From: a virus
Taxonomy: Duplodnaviria > Caudoviricetes
Length of the DNA: 56,484 nt
Reading direction: 5' to 3' (one strand)
IMG/VR virus record: IMGVR_UViG_3300049437_000074
Location: 1 to 56,484 of that record
Below, one piece after another: positions 18,926 through 28,906 of this stretch (position 1 is the first letter of the stretch; each line of letters begins with the position of its first letter). The notes below the pieces were generated by a model that did no database searches, was not told the DNA's origin, and saw nothing but the letters and a program-made list of their open reading frames with translations. The translations under genes and the position numbers were made by a program.

Positions 18926-19109
18926 CTAACACCCACCCCGGCCCGCGCACCGATAGCGCCACGCCGGGGTTTTGCGTCTCTACGGGAGTCACCATGCTAC
19001 AAAAACTAATCGCCTTGATAACCCGCGCCAAGTCGGACAAGTGCCCGAACTGCGATGAGCTAACCACCGGCTGGCCGTGTGAGTCCTGTGGCTACAATGG
19101 CGGCACAGA

Positions 19110-19409
19110 ATGAGACGCCTTCAACTCATCACCCCGGCGACCCTACGCGGCATGGGTATCACCCCGGCAACCGTGGATCCAACCACGCTGGAAACGGCCA
19201 GGCTATTAGCCGGGGTCAAGCTGTCATATGCGGCTATGTTGAAAAAGGATTTGAACAAAAGCAAGCGGCGCGACATTATCAGCAACTTTAATTGCAGCCG
19301 GGCCGATGGCTCCGTTATCGTTAAAGGCTGCTCGATTCAAGTCTGGCAAAGCAACCGAGGCCGGGCGCTATCTGAGGCGCTGGCCTATCTGGAAATGGCA
19401 GGGGCTTAA
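19110..19409 (+). CDS. Hypothetical protein
   Basis: 99 aa ORF in the rightward early operon. Confidence 0.45.
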   Translation: MRRLQLITPATLRGMGITPATVDPTTLETARLLAGVKLSYAAMLKKDLNKSKRRDIISNFNCSRADGSVIVKGCSIQVWQSNRGRALSEALAYLEMAGA

Positions 19410-19911
19410 AAACAACACTCTTTAGTGTACTTTAATACCCAACCTTGACAGACTAGGAACATTGTACTATTTTTACAGATTATAAAATTGTTTAATCGGG
19501 CGTAAAATAGTAAACGCCTCAGAAATAAAAATAACCCCGGCATAACCGGGGTCAACTCCAAATCGAGCTTGCAGCCCGGTGCAACGAACTGCAAGCCCTA
19601 ACGCACAAAGTAGTGGAGCTACTATGCACGCTAAAACCTATCATACCCATTTCTTAACAATCCGGCAATACGCCGGCACTTTCCCGCTCAAAACTAAATA
19701 GGAAAAATCCCCGGCCAGTTAAGCCAGGGACTTTTGTGCATTTTGCCGTTTCTCTCAGTCGCCGCCAAGCAAAGAGAGGGAAACAGCCAGAGGAAAATAC
19801 CCACCACACCCGGTAGGTATAGACCTTTTTTTATTCTACCACACCTTCCTGGAAACATTATGTTTTTTTCAAAAACCAAAATATTCGGAAATATTCGGAG
19901 CCACAATTAAA

Positions 19912-20238
19912 ATGAACTACTCACTCGGTTACATTCTTGGCGGCATTGCAGTGGTTTTCAATATTCTGGGCTGGGCTTACGCTTTGCAGATTTACCTTCG
20001 GCCTGGCCCGCACGGGTGGACTTGGGTCAGCGTCGTTGTGGGAACTCTCATTGTTTCGGTGGGGGTGATGTTTGCCACCTTTGTTACTCTGGTACATTTT
20101 AAGCAGTTAGAGGCCCTGTGGCCTATGATATTTTTGGACCCGGCAGCGCTGATTGTTGTCGGTGGGCCGATGGTGGTTTTCCAGATAGTCAAAAAAATGC
20201 GTGAGGATAAAGAGGCTAATGGCAGTTTGGAACCCTGA
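19912..20238 (+). CDS. Multi-pass membrane protein
   Basis: Three hydrophobic helices in 108 aa. Confidence 0.65.
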   Translation: MNYSLGYILGGIAVVFNILGWAYALQIYLRPGPHGWTWVSVVVGTLIVSVGVMFATFVTLVHFKQLEALWPMIFLDPAALIVVGGPMVVFQIVKKMREDKEANGSLEP

Positions 20239-20743
20239 AATCCTGGCCGTGGCTTGGATGTGTATCCACACTCAAGACCGGCTAACTGCCGCGCTGGGCC
20301 TGGCTATCCATAAGGGAATCGAGCAGGAAAAGTACGCCATTCTTATCAAGCTCCTACCGGTTATCCGTCATGACGCCAAGTTACTGGAGCTAAAGGCCAA
20401 AGAACTTTTAGCCCTGAAGCCCCAACGCAGGATCGGGGGCCGGCCTCCGAAGTGGTCTGAGTGTACTGAGAATATCTTGTTATTCAGCCTGGAAACACAG
20501 CGTATGCTTGATAAGATCGAAGCCGATGCGCTGCCATCCAATAAATTTCGGGTGATACGGGCGCGGCTGGAAAGCTGTGAAATAGCCTGCAATCTCAAAC
20601 AGTTGGATTTACTCAACTGTCTGCCCAGAGAAACCAACACCGGCGAGTCGTCGGTTGTCGAGCAGGTAACAGCGCTGCTTGATACTCTTGAAATGGGAGA
20701 ACAAACCGAGACCCAACTTGGGAGTCGTTGGCAGCGAAAGTAA
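20219..20743 (+). CDS. Helical hypothetical protein
   Basis: GAGG RBS before ATG 20219; overlaps the membrane protein gene. Confidence 0.55.
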   Translation: MAVWNPEILAVAWMCIHTQDRLTAALGLAIHKGIEQEKYAILIKLLPVIRHDAKLLELKAKELLALKPQRRIGGRPPKWSECTENILLFSLETQRMLDKIEADALPSNKFRVIRARLESCEIACNLKQLDLLNCLPRETNTGESSVVEQVTALLDTLEMGEQTETQLGSRWQRK

Positions 20744-21536
20744 CAGGGGGTCTCAACTATGACAGCAGCAGTAACGATCAAAAATAAGCACGGCAAAACA
20801 AAGTACAAAAACGGTGGAGATACTGCCAAACGGAAAAAGAGCAAACGATTGGGGAAAGTGGGCCGGCTGGTGAAGAAGAGTAAGGGCTAGTGGCGGGCCG
20901 GTGCGTGTAGTACGTGGAGGTAGAGAGATGACCATAAAAATGTGTGAACTATGCCAGAGTATCAAAAAGGTTGAAAACCTTGATCTTGAGTGGCCTACTC
21001 AAAATAGATGCTATGAAACCCGCAGATACTTCGAAGAATACCAGCCGTTTAAGAAGGACAAGAAAACCACCGTTCGGCTGACCTGTGCTAATTTCTCGCA
21101 CATCAAAACCGCCGTACTGTCCTTTCGGGGCGGTGGGCAGACGACCATCAGGGCCACGCCGGAAAACCCAAAGGTGGAATTAGAGAAGATGGGCCGGTTG
21201 TTTGAGTGATGCGCGTAGTAGTGAGGGGACAAAAATGACACCTGAGAGACTGGTAGAGATTTACAAATTAATAACCGCCTGGGCAGCTTTTACCCGACAT
21301 CACGAAGTCAGGGACGCCACCCTGGAACTCCTGACCGAAGTCAAGTACCTGCGGGTTGAGCTAGAGCGGGTGCGCGGGCAGGCGGTGGCGAGTGGGGGCT
21401 ATGCGCAGGAAAAGGGCGGGTTAGGAGAGTAAGTAATATTATGGTTCATTTTTGTGGACATATGCGAACCATAATAAATAAAGGGGTATACCTGCCCCAC
21501 CCGACTGACAAGGGTCAAGATTGATGAAATTGGGTA

Positions 21537-21741
21537 TTGTAATTCAAAGCGAACTGTGTTATACTTTAGGCGAGCGACCTACTCAAACAGGCGGCGTTTT
21601 ATTTTCTAACGCAGTCACGCAAACACCCAATACTTTAGTTGTAACAGGCCCCTATGTTGGGCCTTACCCTAAATGCCGTCTTTTGAGTTTGGTCGCTCCA
21701 ATGATTGCAAGGGTAAGGTTCAGCACAGGGGCTTTTTGTTT
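21537..21741 (+). promoter_or_regulatory. Promoter plus structured attenuator-like leader
   Basis: TTGTAA-17-TATACT; 21572-21599 is complementary to 21671-21698, which forms the loop of the hairpin 21647-21671/21710-21733 followed by a T-run. Confidence 0.65.
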
Positions 21742-21754
21742 GCCCCGGAAAGAT

Positions 21755-22105
21755 ATGGGACAAGTGAATAAGAAAGAACAAGACCACGCAATGACTCTAG
21801 TTAGGGTCGCTGTAAATTCTGGTCAGTTAGTCAGGCCGGATTACTGCGAAACTTGCGGCCAAAAACCAAAAGACAATAAGACCCGCGCTATCGTTGCTCA
21901 TCACTGGATGGGTTATGGTCAACCTCTTAATGTGATTTGGGTTTGCCGGAGTTGTAACGGGTATCTTGATAAACACGATGGCAGCCAGACTAAAGAGGAT
22001 GCCAGAATCGAAGTAACAATTAAGCATTGGGGCAAGTTAGGTTATGTGATTACAGAGGAAGAAGCAAGGGCGAAGGTGGCACTAAGGACTTATCCCCTTG
22101 ATTAA
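21755..22105 (+). CDS. HNH-like zinc-binding protein
   Basis: RPDYCETCG...AHHWMGYGQPLNVIWVCRSCN; ATG follows the structured leader. Confidence 0.7.
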   Translation: MGQVNKKEQDHAMTLVRVAVNSGQLVRPDYCETCGQKPKDNKTRAIVAHHWMGYGQPLNVIWVCRSCNGYLDKHDGSQTKEDARIEVTIKHWGKLGYVITEEEARAKVALRTYPLD

Positions 22106-22195
22106 TATAGCGTTCAAGCTGTCTACCGCTGACTTATCCAAGCTAACCAATCTCAAAAAGTATGTTGCAGGTCATTGGTTTACAGGAGCGATGCA

Positions 22196-22615
22196 ATGAC
22201 AAATCAAGAGACAGATGCTTTGGTGGCTGAAAAGGTTATGGGCTGGCAACGGAAGACAGTCCCAACTTCCAACCATTCCAATGCCGATGTTTGGGTTGAT
22301 GTAGCCGTAGAAATCCAAGCTTATTGTAGAGACTGGAAACCAACTGAGAACGTAGCCGCAGCCTGGCGGGTAGCAGAGAAGTTAGAGGCGCTATTTCAAT
22401 GCCGAATTACTGTGGAAATCCGTCCACACTGGGCTGGGCTAGATCAATTTTGGACGGGTGAAAAGTGGGAAGATAAAAGATATGAAGCCACTATTAGCGG
22501 TGGAAATCTCGCTTACGATAGCCCTAATTGCTCATTTGCTGTTTATGAGGATTCACCCGGCCTGGCTATCTGCCAAGCAGCCCTAAAGGCCGTTACGGAA
22601 ATGTCACTCGACTAA
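22196..22615 (+). CDS. Phage ABA-sandwich (BC1872-like) domain protein
   Basis: DALVAEKVMGW...PTENVAAAWRVAEKL...LAICQAALKA; AGGAG RBS. Confidence 0.7.
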   Translation: MTNQETDALVAEKVMGWQRKTVPTSNHSNADVWVDVAVEIQAYCRDWKPTENVAAAWRVAEKLEALFQCRITVEIRPHWAGLDQFWTGEKWEDKRYEATISGGNLAYDSPNCSFAVYEDSPGLAICQAALKAVTEMSLD

Positions 22616-22620
22616 CCACT

Positions 22621-22739
22621 AAAAAACAAGCCCGGCCACCCCACAGGGGAGCAGCCGAGCCAGCCAGAGGCTACTAGCGTAGGTCGCCAAACTCAGCGCC
22701 AGTAGCCTCCATATTACTAAATTGGAGGCAGAATGTCAA
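22621..22739 (-). ncRNA. Predicted ~85-nt antisense small RNA unit
   Basis: Minus-strand TTGACA-17-TAATAT (22739-22711), hairpin 22667-22709, GC hairpin plus T6 terminator 22661-22621. Confidence 0.5.
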
Positions 22740-23152
22740 TAAATCCCAACCCCTCAGAGATTAAAAATCCCCTCGATTCGCTGCCCAGTTCGGCGGCGAT
22801 TCAACCCCCTGACGGTGTACTACTATCCGAAGTAAATCTGAGAGAGCTAACTGATAAACTCAAGGTAACACGCGGCAAAGGTTATTACACCATCTTGAAG
22901 CAAATTCTAGCTATTTGTGGTCAACAGATGGCCGACGAAGCGCGGGCCACAAAAGAGGCTAATGAAGCCCTTACGCTTTACGACCTGGGGGCGCTGGCTC
23001 TAAAGTATGACCTCAACTTCAAGGCCACCGTCGAGTGGTTAGAGGAAAGTCGGGTACTTAAGTCTGGCGCGTATCAGCGGTTAATTGACCGGGGCGTTAA
23101 GGCGCAAGAGCTTTTTGCGAAGGTCAAAGAGCGCCAGGCGGTGCAGCGATGA
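22733..23152 (+). CDS. Hypothetical protein
   Basis: GGAGG RBS; 139 aa. Confidence 0.6.
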   Translation: MSINPNPSEIKNPLDSLPSSAAIQPPDGVLLSEVNLRELTDKLKVTRGKGYYTILKQILAICGQQMADEARATKEANEALTLYDLGALALKYDLNFKATVEWLEESRVLKSGAYQRLIDRGVKAQELFAKVKERQAVQR

Positions 23153-23345
23153 CCTCGCAACCGGCCTTAACTCCACCGACCAAGCCCACAGAAGCCCCCC
23201 GGCCCATAACCATCTTTGTCTACGATAGCACCATCCTGGCCCGCGCTATCCGGCGAGCCTTCGTTGACGATCCGACCGTGACCAGGGTCTACTCGGAAAT
23301 GCAAGCCGGCGGCGTAGAGAAAATCACCGTCTGGAAGGGGGCGAG

Positions 23346-23615
23346 ATGACCACCAAAACCGAACTCCTAAGCACAATCAATGCCCTGCACGACCTTCGCG
23401 CTGAGGACAAGGCGCTGATAGCCCAACTCCAAGCCCGGCTCGACCAGACCGCGGCCACCTGCGCTTTTTGCGGCACCGTAATCCACGACAACGACCCGGC
23501 CCGGCTGGATCACTGGCAAACCTGCGAAACCCACCCGGCGCGGCAGGCGTTGGCCCTGGCTGAGGCGGAGATCGGGCGGCTGCGGGCGCTGGTCAATCGG
23601 AGGGTGACGATATGA
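23346..23615 (+). CDS. Coiled-coil / zinc-finger hypothetical protein
   Basis: CAFCG...H..TCETHP; ATGA-coupled. Confidence 0.55.
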   Translation: MTTKTELLSTINALHDLRAEDKALIAQLQARLDQTAATCAFCGTVIHDNDPARLDHWQTCETHPARQALALAEAEIGRLRALVNRRVTI

Positions 23616-23935
23616 TTTGCCCAAACTGCCATTCCCCCAACATTCAAACCCAAAACACCCGCCACAAAGAACCGACCAGTATCACCCGCTGGCGTAAATG
23701 TCTGGATTGCCTCAGAGGGTTTAAGACCAAAGAGATTATTGTGAGCGAAAAAATCATTATAGCTGGCCGGGAATGTCAGCTACCGCGAGGTAAAGACGGG
23801 CCAGGTTTTGAGCAATGGCTCACCGATGACATTCCCCCTAATGCCAACTTAGGCAAGCTGCGCGAGGCTTACGACGCCGGATTAAACCGGGAAGAAGCCC
23901 TGGCCCGAGCTCGGGTCCAGAAGGTGAAAGTATGA
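23612..23935 (+). CDS. Zinc-ribbon protein (NrdR-N / Ogr-Delta-like), candidate late activator
   Basis: MICPNCHS...NTR...RWRKCLDCLRGFKTKE. Confidence 0.65.
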   Translation: MICPNCHSPNIQTQNTRHKEPTSITRWRKCLDCLRGFKTKEIIVSEKIIIAGRECQLPRGKDGPGFEQWLTDDIPPNANLGKLREAYDAGLNREEALARARVQKVKV

Positions 23936-24347
23936 CCACCATGCGGGCTGATTTAGCTTACAGTACCCAATTAGAGCGCCGGCTTTCCATGCTCCCCCAG
24001 GACGTACAGCTTAGAATCGAAGCAATGATTGTCACGCTTTGCGAGGTTCGGGGGATGGGCCGGGAGTCGGCGCTTGACGTGATATTTAAGGTGTTTCGGG
24101 CGATGCTGGATCAGAAGCGGGCAGAGGCCGGCCAGCGGGTGGCCCAATGAAGGCCGGCGACCAAATCCAAACCAAAAATTCCCGTACTGTCTGGACCGTG
24201 GAGACCTACACCCCCAACGGTGAATTAACCGCCTGGCGAGCGAGTGCCGATAAGCAGAAACGAGGCAAGGTGATTGTGAAGAAGATTAGCAGGCCGGAAT
24301 TGTATCGGGTGGTAAAGGCCGGCGGTGAAAGTCTAACCGGATTCATA

Positions 24348-24562
24348 TTGACAAATAACTCAAAATGCGTATAATTATAGATACGAGGCTACTAAACGAA
24401 TATGATGGAAAACCAGCAACCCAGCAAGGGTCCGCACTTTCCAACTTTCTAACATCACCGGGTAACACCGGTTTGGGCGATAAACAAGCCCAGCTTGATT
24501 ACGGTTTTCCGTATTTGTTTGGTGGCCTCGTAACCTCAAACAATCAAGCTGGGCTGTTTTTA
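24348..24562 (+). promoter_or_regulatory. Promoter plus structured attenuator-like leader
   Basis: TTGACA-16-TATAAT; 24382-24414 is complementary to 24503-24532, inside the loop of the perfect 14-bp hairpin 24487-24500/24542-24555 followed by GTTTTT. Confidence 0.65.
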
Positions 24563-24643
24563 TTGTTAGCCCCACAACTAATGAACCGGGCAAGTGCGCA
24601 AACACTTAACCCGGCTCCACCAAAAGAAAGGATCAGCTTTCAA

Positions 24644-25315
24644 ATGGCACAAAGTAATATACCCCAACCTGCCCAAAACGGGCAAACAAACCCCCATTAT
24701 AAATTTACCTCAATACTGGCTGAATGGATTGGCTTAAATGAAGCCATAGTAATTCAGCACTTGCAAACCCTCTTAGCCGAATCTAATCAGCTTGTAAGCG
24801 CTGGGGGCAGGCAATGGATACTCAAAACCCTGGATGACTTTCAGGTTGATTTTCCATTTTGGGATAGAGGCATAATCAAAAGGACACTCCGCAATCTAAA
24901 GCAGGATGGTCTTGTATCTTCACGTTATGATTTGAACTACGCAACGGGCAGCAGGTCATCATGGCACACGATCAACTATGAGAATCTAAGCCTGCTCGGT
25001 GGGCCGGTTGACCGACTGAAAACCAAAGCAACCAAACGGCGTCAAGCCCGCGATTCACGTGCGTTTGACCATCGCCCCGGCTTTGTTTATGTATGCAAAA
25101 CCCCCAACAAAAGCGGCTATAAAATCGGCTTATCTGCTGACACAGACGCAAGGATGAAAGGCTTAGGTAGGGCGACCCTACTTCACCTGATTCCCACAAA
25201 CGATATGATTCAAACGGAGCAAAAACTACATCATAGGTTTAATGATAAGCGACTCGATGGTGAGTATTTTGACCTTACTGACAGAGATATACAAGAAATC
25301 TTATCAATGAATTAA
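24644..25315 (+). CDS. Replication-protein-like winged helix fused to GIY-YIG (T5orf172-like) domain
   Basis: LAEWIGLNEAIVIQHL...FPFW...W.TINYE, then GFVYV...YKIGLS...R...E..LH..F..KRLDGEYF; GAAAGGA RBS before ATG 24644. Confidence 0.75.
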   Translation: MAQSNIPQPAQNGQTNPHYKFTSILAEWIGLNEAIVIQHLQTLLAESNQLVSAGGRQWILKTLDDFQVDFPFWDRGIIKRTLRNLKQDGLVSSRYDLNYATGSRSSWHTINYENLSLLGGPVDRLKTKATKRRQARDSRAFDHRPGFVYVCKTPNKSGYKIGLSADTDARMKGLGRATLLHLIPTNDMIQTEQKLHHRFNDKRLDGEYFDLTDRDIQEILSMN

Positions 25316-25983
25316 GCCTGACACAAATGTCACCCATATTCGTATAACCAGAGGTTTGCTATCCAACCCGGATAACCCTATGGATATACGAATAAGCCTG
25401 ACATATGTGTCACCCATTAGAAAGCGATTTCGATATGAGCCGTAAAATATCAGACAGAGTTTGGCAGCACTCCAACCTATCCGGGGCTAACAAGTTACTT
25501 CTCTTAGCTCTGGCAGAGCAGGCCGATGATGACGGATTCACCTGGGTGGGGTACAAAACTCTGGCTCCGATGTTAGGCGTTATCGAAAGACAGGTTTACC
25601 GGCTGGTTGACAACCTGATTGAAAAAGGCGAGTTGCTAGTGTGGGAACAGCAGGGCCAGCATGGGGGCCGGGGCTACACAAACATTTATCTTGTGACTAC
25701 TGGCTTAACTCAGGAGCAAATAGCAGAGACGATCAAAAGACGCTTTGATTTGGTCAGTGATGAGATCGAAGCGGTTATCACCAAAAAGGGTGACACTTAT
25801 ATCAAACTCTGCGATGCAAAAAGGATTTCCCCGACCACTTTAGAGCGTACCCGTAAGGTTGACACTTATGTCATACCTAACCAAAAGCCTGACACAAATG
25901 TCACTCTTAATCTTGACAAGGGTGACGAATGTGTCACTCAATTAAGTGAAGCTGAACCTGTAAAGCCTGACACAAATGTCACC
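25314..25983. repeat. Seven palindromic TGACA-N4-TGTCA iterons (putative replication origin)
   Basis: Copies start at 25319, 25399, 25791, 25860, 25890, 25923 and 25968; two have a single mismatch; several are preceded by AAGCC. Confidence 0.85.
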
Positions 25984-26424
25984 CGACTCTTAAAAGAGTC
26001 TTTAAAACAAGAATCGAATCCTAGTAAAGAATCTAAGAGAGAGGCGATTCCGCAAAAGCCGCGCTCGCCCAATTCAAGGCCGGATACGATTCCGGCGGCC
26101 CGAACCTTTGTGGAAGTGACCGGAAAGCATTGTCTGAACAAAACACAGATTAATGTTCTTTCAGACAGAATCGGCAATGACCCGGCGGCGCTCGAAAAGT
26201 GGCGCAGTGTTGTCGAGGCGTGGCTTTTGGCCGGATACAAATTAACCAATATTACGGGCATGCTGGATTGGTACAAAGATGGCATCCCCCAAAAGAAAAA
26301 TGGAGTAACCCAAAATGGACACTATAGCAAATCTGATTCCCCGCGCAATACCGACCCCGACCGCATCCCCTCGATTGACATCTTTGAGGACGGATGGCAA
26401 CCCCCTTCCAGAAGTATGTCCTGA
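25435..26424 (+). CDS. Replication initiator (N-terminal HTH; lambda O-like role)
   Basis: KLLLLALAEQADDDGFTW...TNIY; internal iterons; adjacent to the helicase loader. Confidence 0.85.
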   Translation: MSRKISDRVWQHSNLSGANKLLLLALAEQADDDGFTWVGYKTLAPMLGVIERQVYRLVDNLIEKGELLVWEQQGQHGGRGYTNIYLVTTGLTQEQIAETIKRRFDLVSDEIEAVITKKGDTYIKLCDAKRISPTTLERTRKVDTYVIPNQKPDTNVTLNLDKGDECVTQLSEAEPVKPDTNVTRLLKESLKQESNPSKESKREAIPQKPRSPNSRPDTIPAARTFVEVTGKHCLNKTQINVLSDRIGNDPAALEKWRSVVEAWLLAGYKLTNITGMLDWYKDGIPQKKNGVTQNGHYSKSDSPRNTDPDRIPSIDIFEDGWQPPSRSMS

Positions 26425-27115
26425 CTGTTCCGGCGCTGGCTTCCTGCGGGCCGATGTAGCCCCCGGCGAGCCTGGATTTGGCAAGCCGATTCCCTGCCCA
26501 AACGCCTGGCATCAGGAGGAGCGACTCCAGCGGATGGCTAAAGTCTCAAATATGTTACCGGCTGAGCTTAACCGAAGTCTGGAAGATATTAAACCCCTTG
26601 ACGGCAACCGGGCCATGCTCGCAGCGGCCCGCAAAATGGTCAGTGACCCATTCGGCTGGCTGTATATCTGGGGCGGCCCTGGCAATGCCAAAAGTGAAGT
26701 CTTGATAGCCATTGTCAACGAACTGAATCGCACCGGCAGCGGCCCGGCGGTTTACACCAAATTTACGACGCTAATTGAGTATATGCGGGATGCCTACAGT
26801 GAGCGCAAGAAAAAGGACAATGATCCCGATGTTGATATGGGCTTCATTGCCAGGTTTGAGAAAATGAAGGCGGTCAAGGTGCTGGCCATAGACGAAATGG
26901 ACAAGGCCAGGGAAACCCCCTTTATGCAGGACTTCCGCTTTGATTTCTTAGATGAGCGTTACCGGGCTGCGCTTGCCGGCCAGACCATAACCCTGTTTGC
27001 CAGCAATGAAAACCCGGCCACGTTACCGGAGGCGGTTTGGGATCGCGTAAGAGATGGTAGGTTCAAAGTAGTGGAAAACACAGCACCCAGCGCCCGGCCC
27101 AAGATGAGAAGATAA
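26315..27115 (+). CDS. DnaC/IstB-like helicase loader ATPase
   Basis: CPDCSGAG...PCP zinc motif; Walker A variant GGPGNAKS; LAIDE; LDERY; DR..DGR. Confidence 0.85.
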   Translation: MDTIANLIPRAIPTPTASPRLTSLRTDGNPLPEVCPDCSGAGFLRADVAPGEPGFGKPIPCPNAWHQEERLQRMAKVSNMLPAELNRSLEDIKPLDGNRAMLAAARKMVSDPFGWLYIWGGPGNAKSEVLIAIVNELNRTGSGPAVYTKFTTLIEYMRDAYSERKKKDNDPDVDMGFIARFEKMKAVKVLAIDEMDKARETPFMQDFRFDFLDERYRAALAGQTITLFASNENPATLPEAVWDRVRDGRFKVVENTAPSARPKMRR

Positions 27116-27157
27116 CCCCCCAGCGCCCCCGCAAATGGGGGCAGGAAGGAAACGGTT

Positions 27158-27520
27158 ATGACCAACCAACAAACTGACTACAAAATCATAAACTCTGATG
27201 CTATTCTCGACATTCCCACAGACGTAGCCGTTTGCCCATATTGTGGCCTAAAACTAACAGCCCAGTTTACCGGCTGGTTTGAGGATACAACGGGATACAT
27301 AGCCGACGAGGTTAGCTTGGACTGTGAAAGCGAGCCGGATTTTGACGATGATAATTATGATGATTGGTTAGATGGTCATAGCGAAATGCCCTACGTGTAC
27401 TGGCTGCCTGCCTGTAAAAAAGTTGAGAGTTGGGTTAAAAAGAATTATCGTTTTGATCTAAGTGACACGTCGGGCGATTTAACAAGTTGGAATGAGGGCG
27501 TTAAGGATTGGGCGAAATGA
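27158..27520 (+). CDS. Hypothetical protein
   Basis: 120 aa, CPYCG, acidic. Confidence 0.55.
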   Translation: MTNQQTDYKIINSDAILDIPTDVAVCPYCGLKLTAQFTGWFEDTTGYIADEVSLDCESEPDFDDDNYDDWLDGHSEMPYVYWLPACKKVESWVKKNYRFDLSDTSGDLTSWNEGVKDWAK

Positions 27521-28454
27521 CCCAACAAACCCACCCCCTACCCATCCTTGACGAACTCGACGCGATAGCCGCTGAAGGCCGCGAGGTCGTACCCGGCTCC
27601 CTCATTTGGCTGCCGCATCCCACGAAGCCAGGGCGAATGGTGCCGGCGGTAGAGACGCGGGTAAGGGCGAAAGCGGCGACTATAGAAACGGCAAAGGAAG
27701 GTGAACTATGAGCAAAATCAAATGTACCCTGGCCTGTGAGATAGAAATAAAGCCAGTCCCCCCGGCGGGCTACTATGCCGCTTGCCCCAAGCATCACAAT
27801 TCGGCGCGGGTGATGCCAACGCGGGCCGAAGCGCGGCAGGAGTGGCAGCGTTGGCTGGAAATTGACGGTAAGGTAAAGGAAGGTGAGCGATGATAGAATT
27901 GATTACAAAAATATTAGCCGGTCCGATAGATGCCTGGATTAGCAACGGCGCATATCGGTTGTACGAGAAAAGCGGAGAATATTACATATCTGAGCGCAAG
28001 CCAATGTCACCCACCTGGCAAACTGTCTACACTACCGGGGATTTAAGCGATGCTTTGAGCCGGTACATTGATTATTGCGAGGAAGGAAACGAGCGATGAT
28101 AGAGCTACTTGAGCAGTTGAGCAGGGAAGCGCCGGAGGTGTGCGAGCAAACCGTACCATTCAACGGTTTTAGAATTGGTCAATATAGCTTTTGGTTTGAG
28201 CCGGAATTTCAAGCGCAAACGCAGCAAAAGCTTGTCACCGGCGACCCCGCCCACGACTGGCTACGCGGGGCGCTGGAAACGGCGATAGTGGCGCGGGGGT
28301 GGTCACTAAATACCATTCAACTCACAACACACAACGGAAACAACGTCATTATTGCTAACGAGTTTAATAGCGATTGGCAGCCGACAATGGCCCAAGCCCT
28401 CCTGACCGCCCTAATCGCGGCCCTGCGGAGTGAGGTGGCCGCCGGGGATGCGCC

Positions 28455-28904
28455 GTGAGCCAGCCCGAATCCGGCGTAGTATCCGCCATCATTGACCTGC
28501 TAATTTGGCAGTACAAAGCTTTGATTATCAGAATCAATAGCGGCGCAATCCAGCCGGAAACCGGCGGCGATTCTCGCTACGTAGCCTTCAACCGCTGGCA
28601 ATGCCTGGGCGAGCCAGAGCGCGGCGCCGGGGTATCCGATGTGCTGGCCCTGCTGCCGCCTCCCCCCGGCTCCGTTGTCGCTTTTCCTGATGCGGTAGGC
28701 AAGTGGCCTCAAGGCGTGATGCTGTGGGGATTGCCGCTGTACTGTGAGGTCAAATCCCCCGACCGCCGGCGATTCGGCAAACCGGCTAAACCGTCGCCAG
28801 ACCAGGCGCGGTTTTTGGCGGCGGTGGTCGAGCGCGGCGGCGTGGGGGTGGTGGTGGATTGTTTGGATGATTTGATTAGGGTACTGACAGAAAAAGGATA
28901 TTAG
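28455..28904 (+). CDS. VRR-NUC domain nuclease (Holliday junction resolvase-like)
   Basis: GVSDVL...CEVKSP...SPDQARFL...GG. Confidence 0.85.
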   Translation: MSQPESGVVSAIIDLLIWQYKALIIRINSGAIQPETGGDSRYVAFNRWQCLGEPERGAGVSDVLALLPPPPGSVVAFPDAVGKWPQGVMLWGLPLYCEVKSPDRRRFGKPAKPSPDQARFLAAVVERGGVGVVVDCLDDLIRVLTEKGY

Positions 28905-28906
28905 AA

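Noticed and set aside
21521-21754. N-terminal extension of the HNH-like ORF given in the track
   Set aside because: Spans a promoter and a structured leader/terminator; ATG 21755 is the more plausible start.
24365-24643. N-terminal 93 codons of the 316-aa ORF
   Set aside because: Overlaps the -10 box and leader hairpins; the RBS supports ATG 24644.
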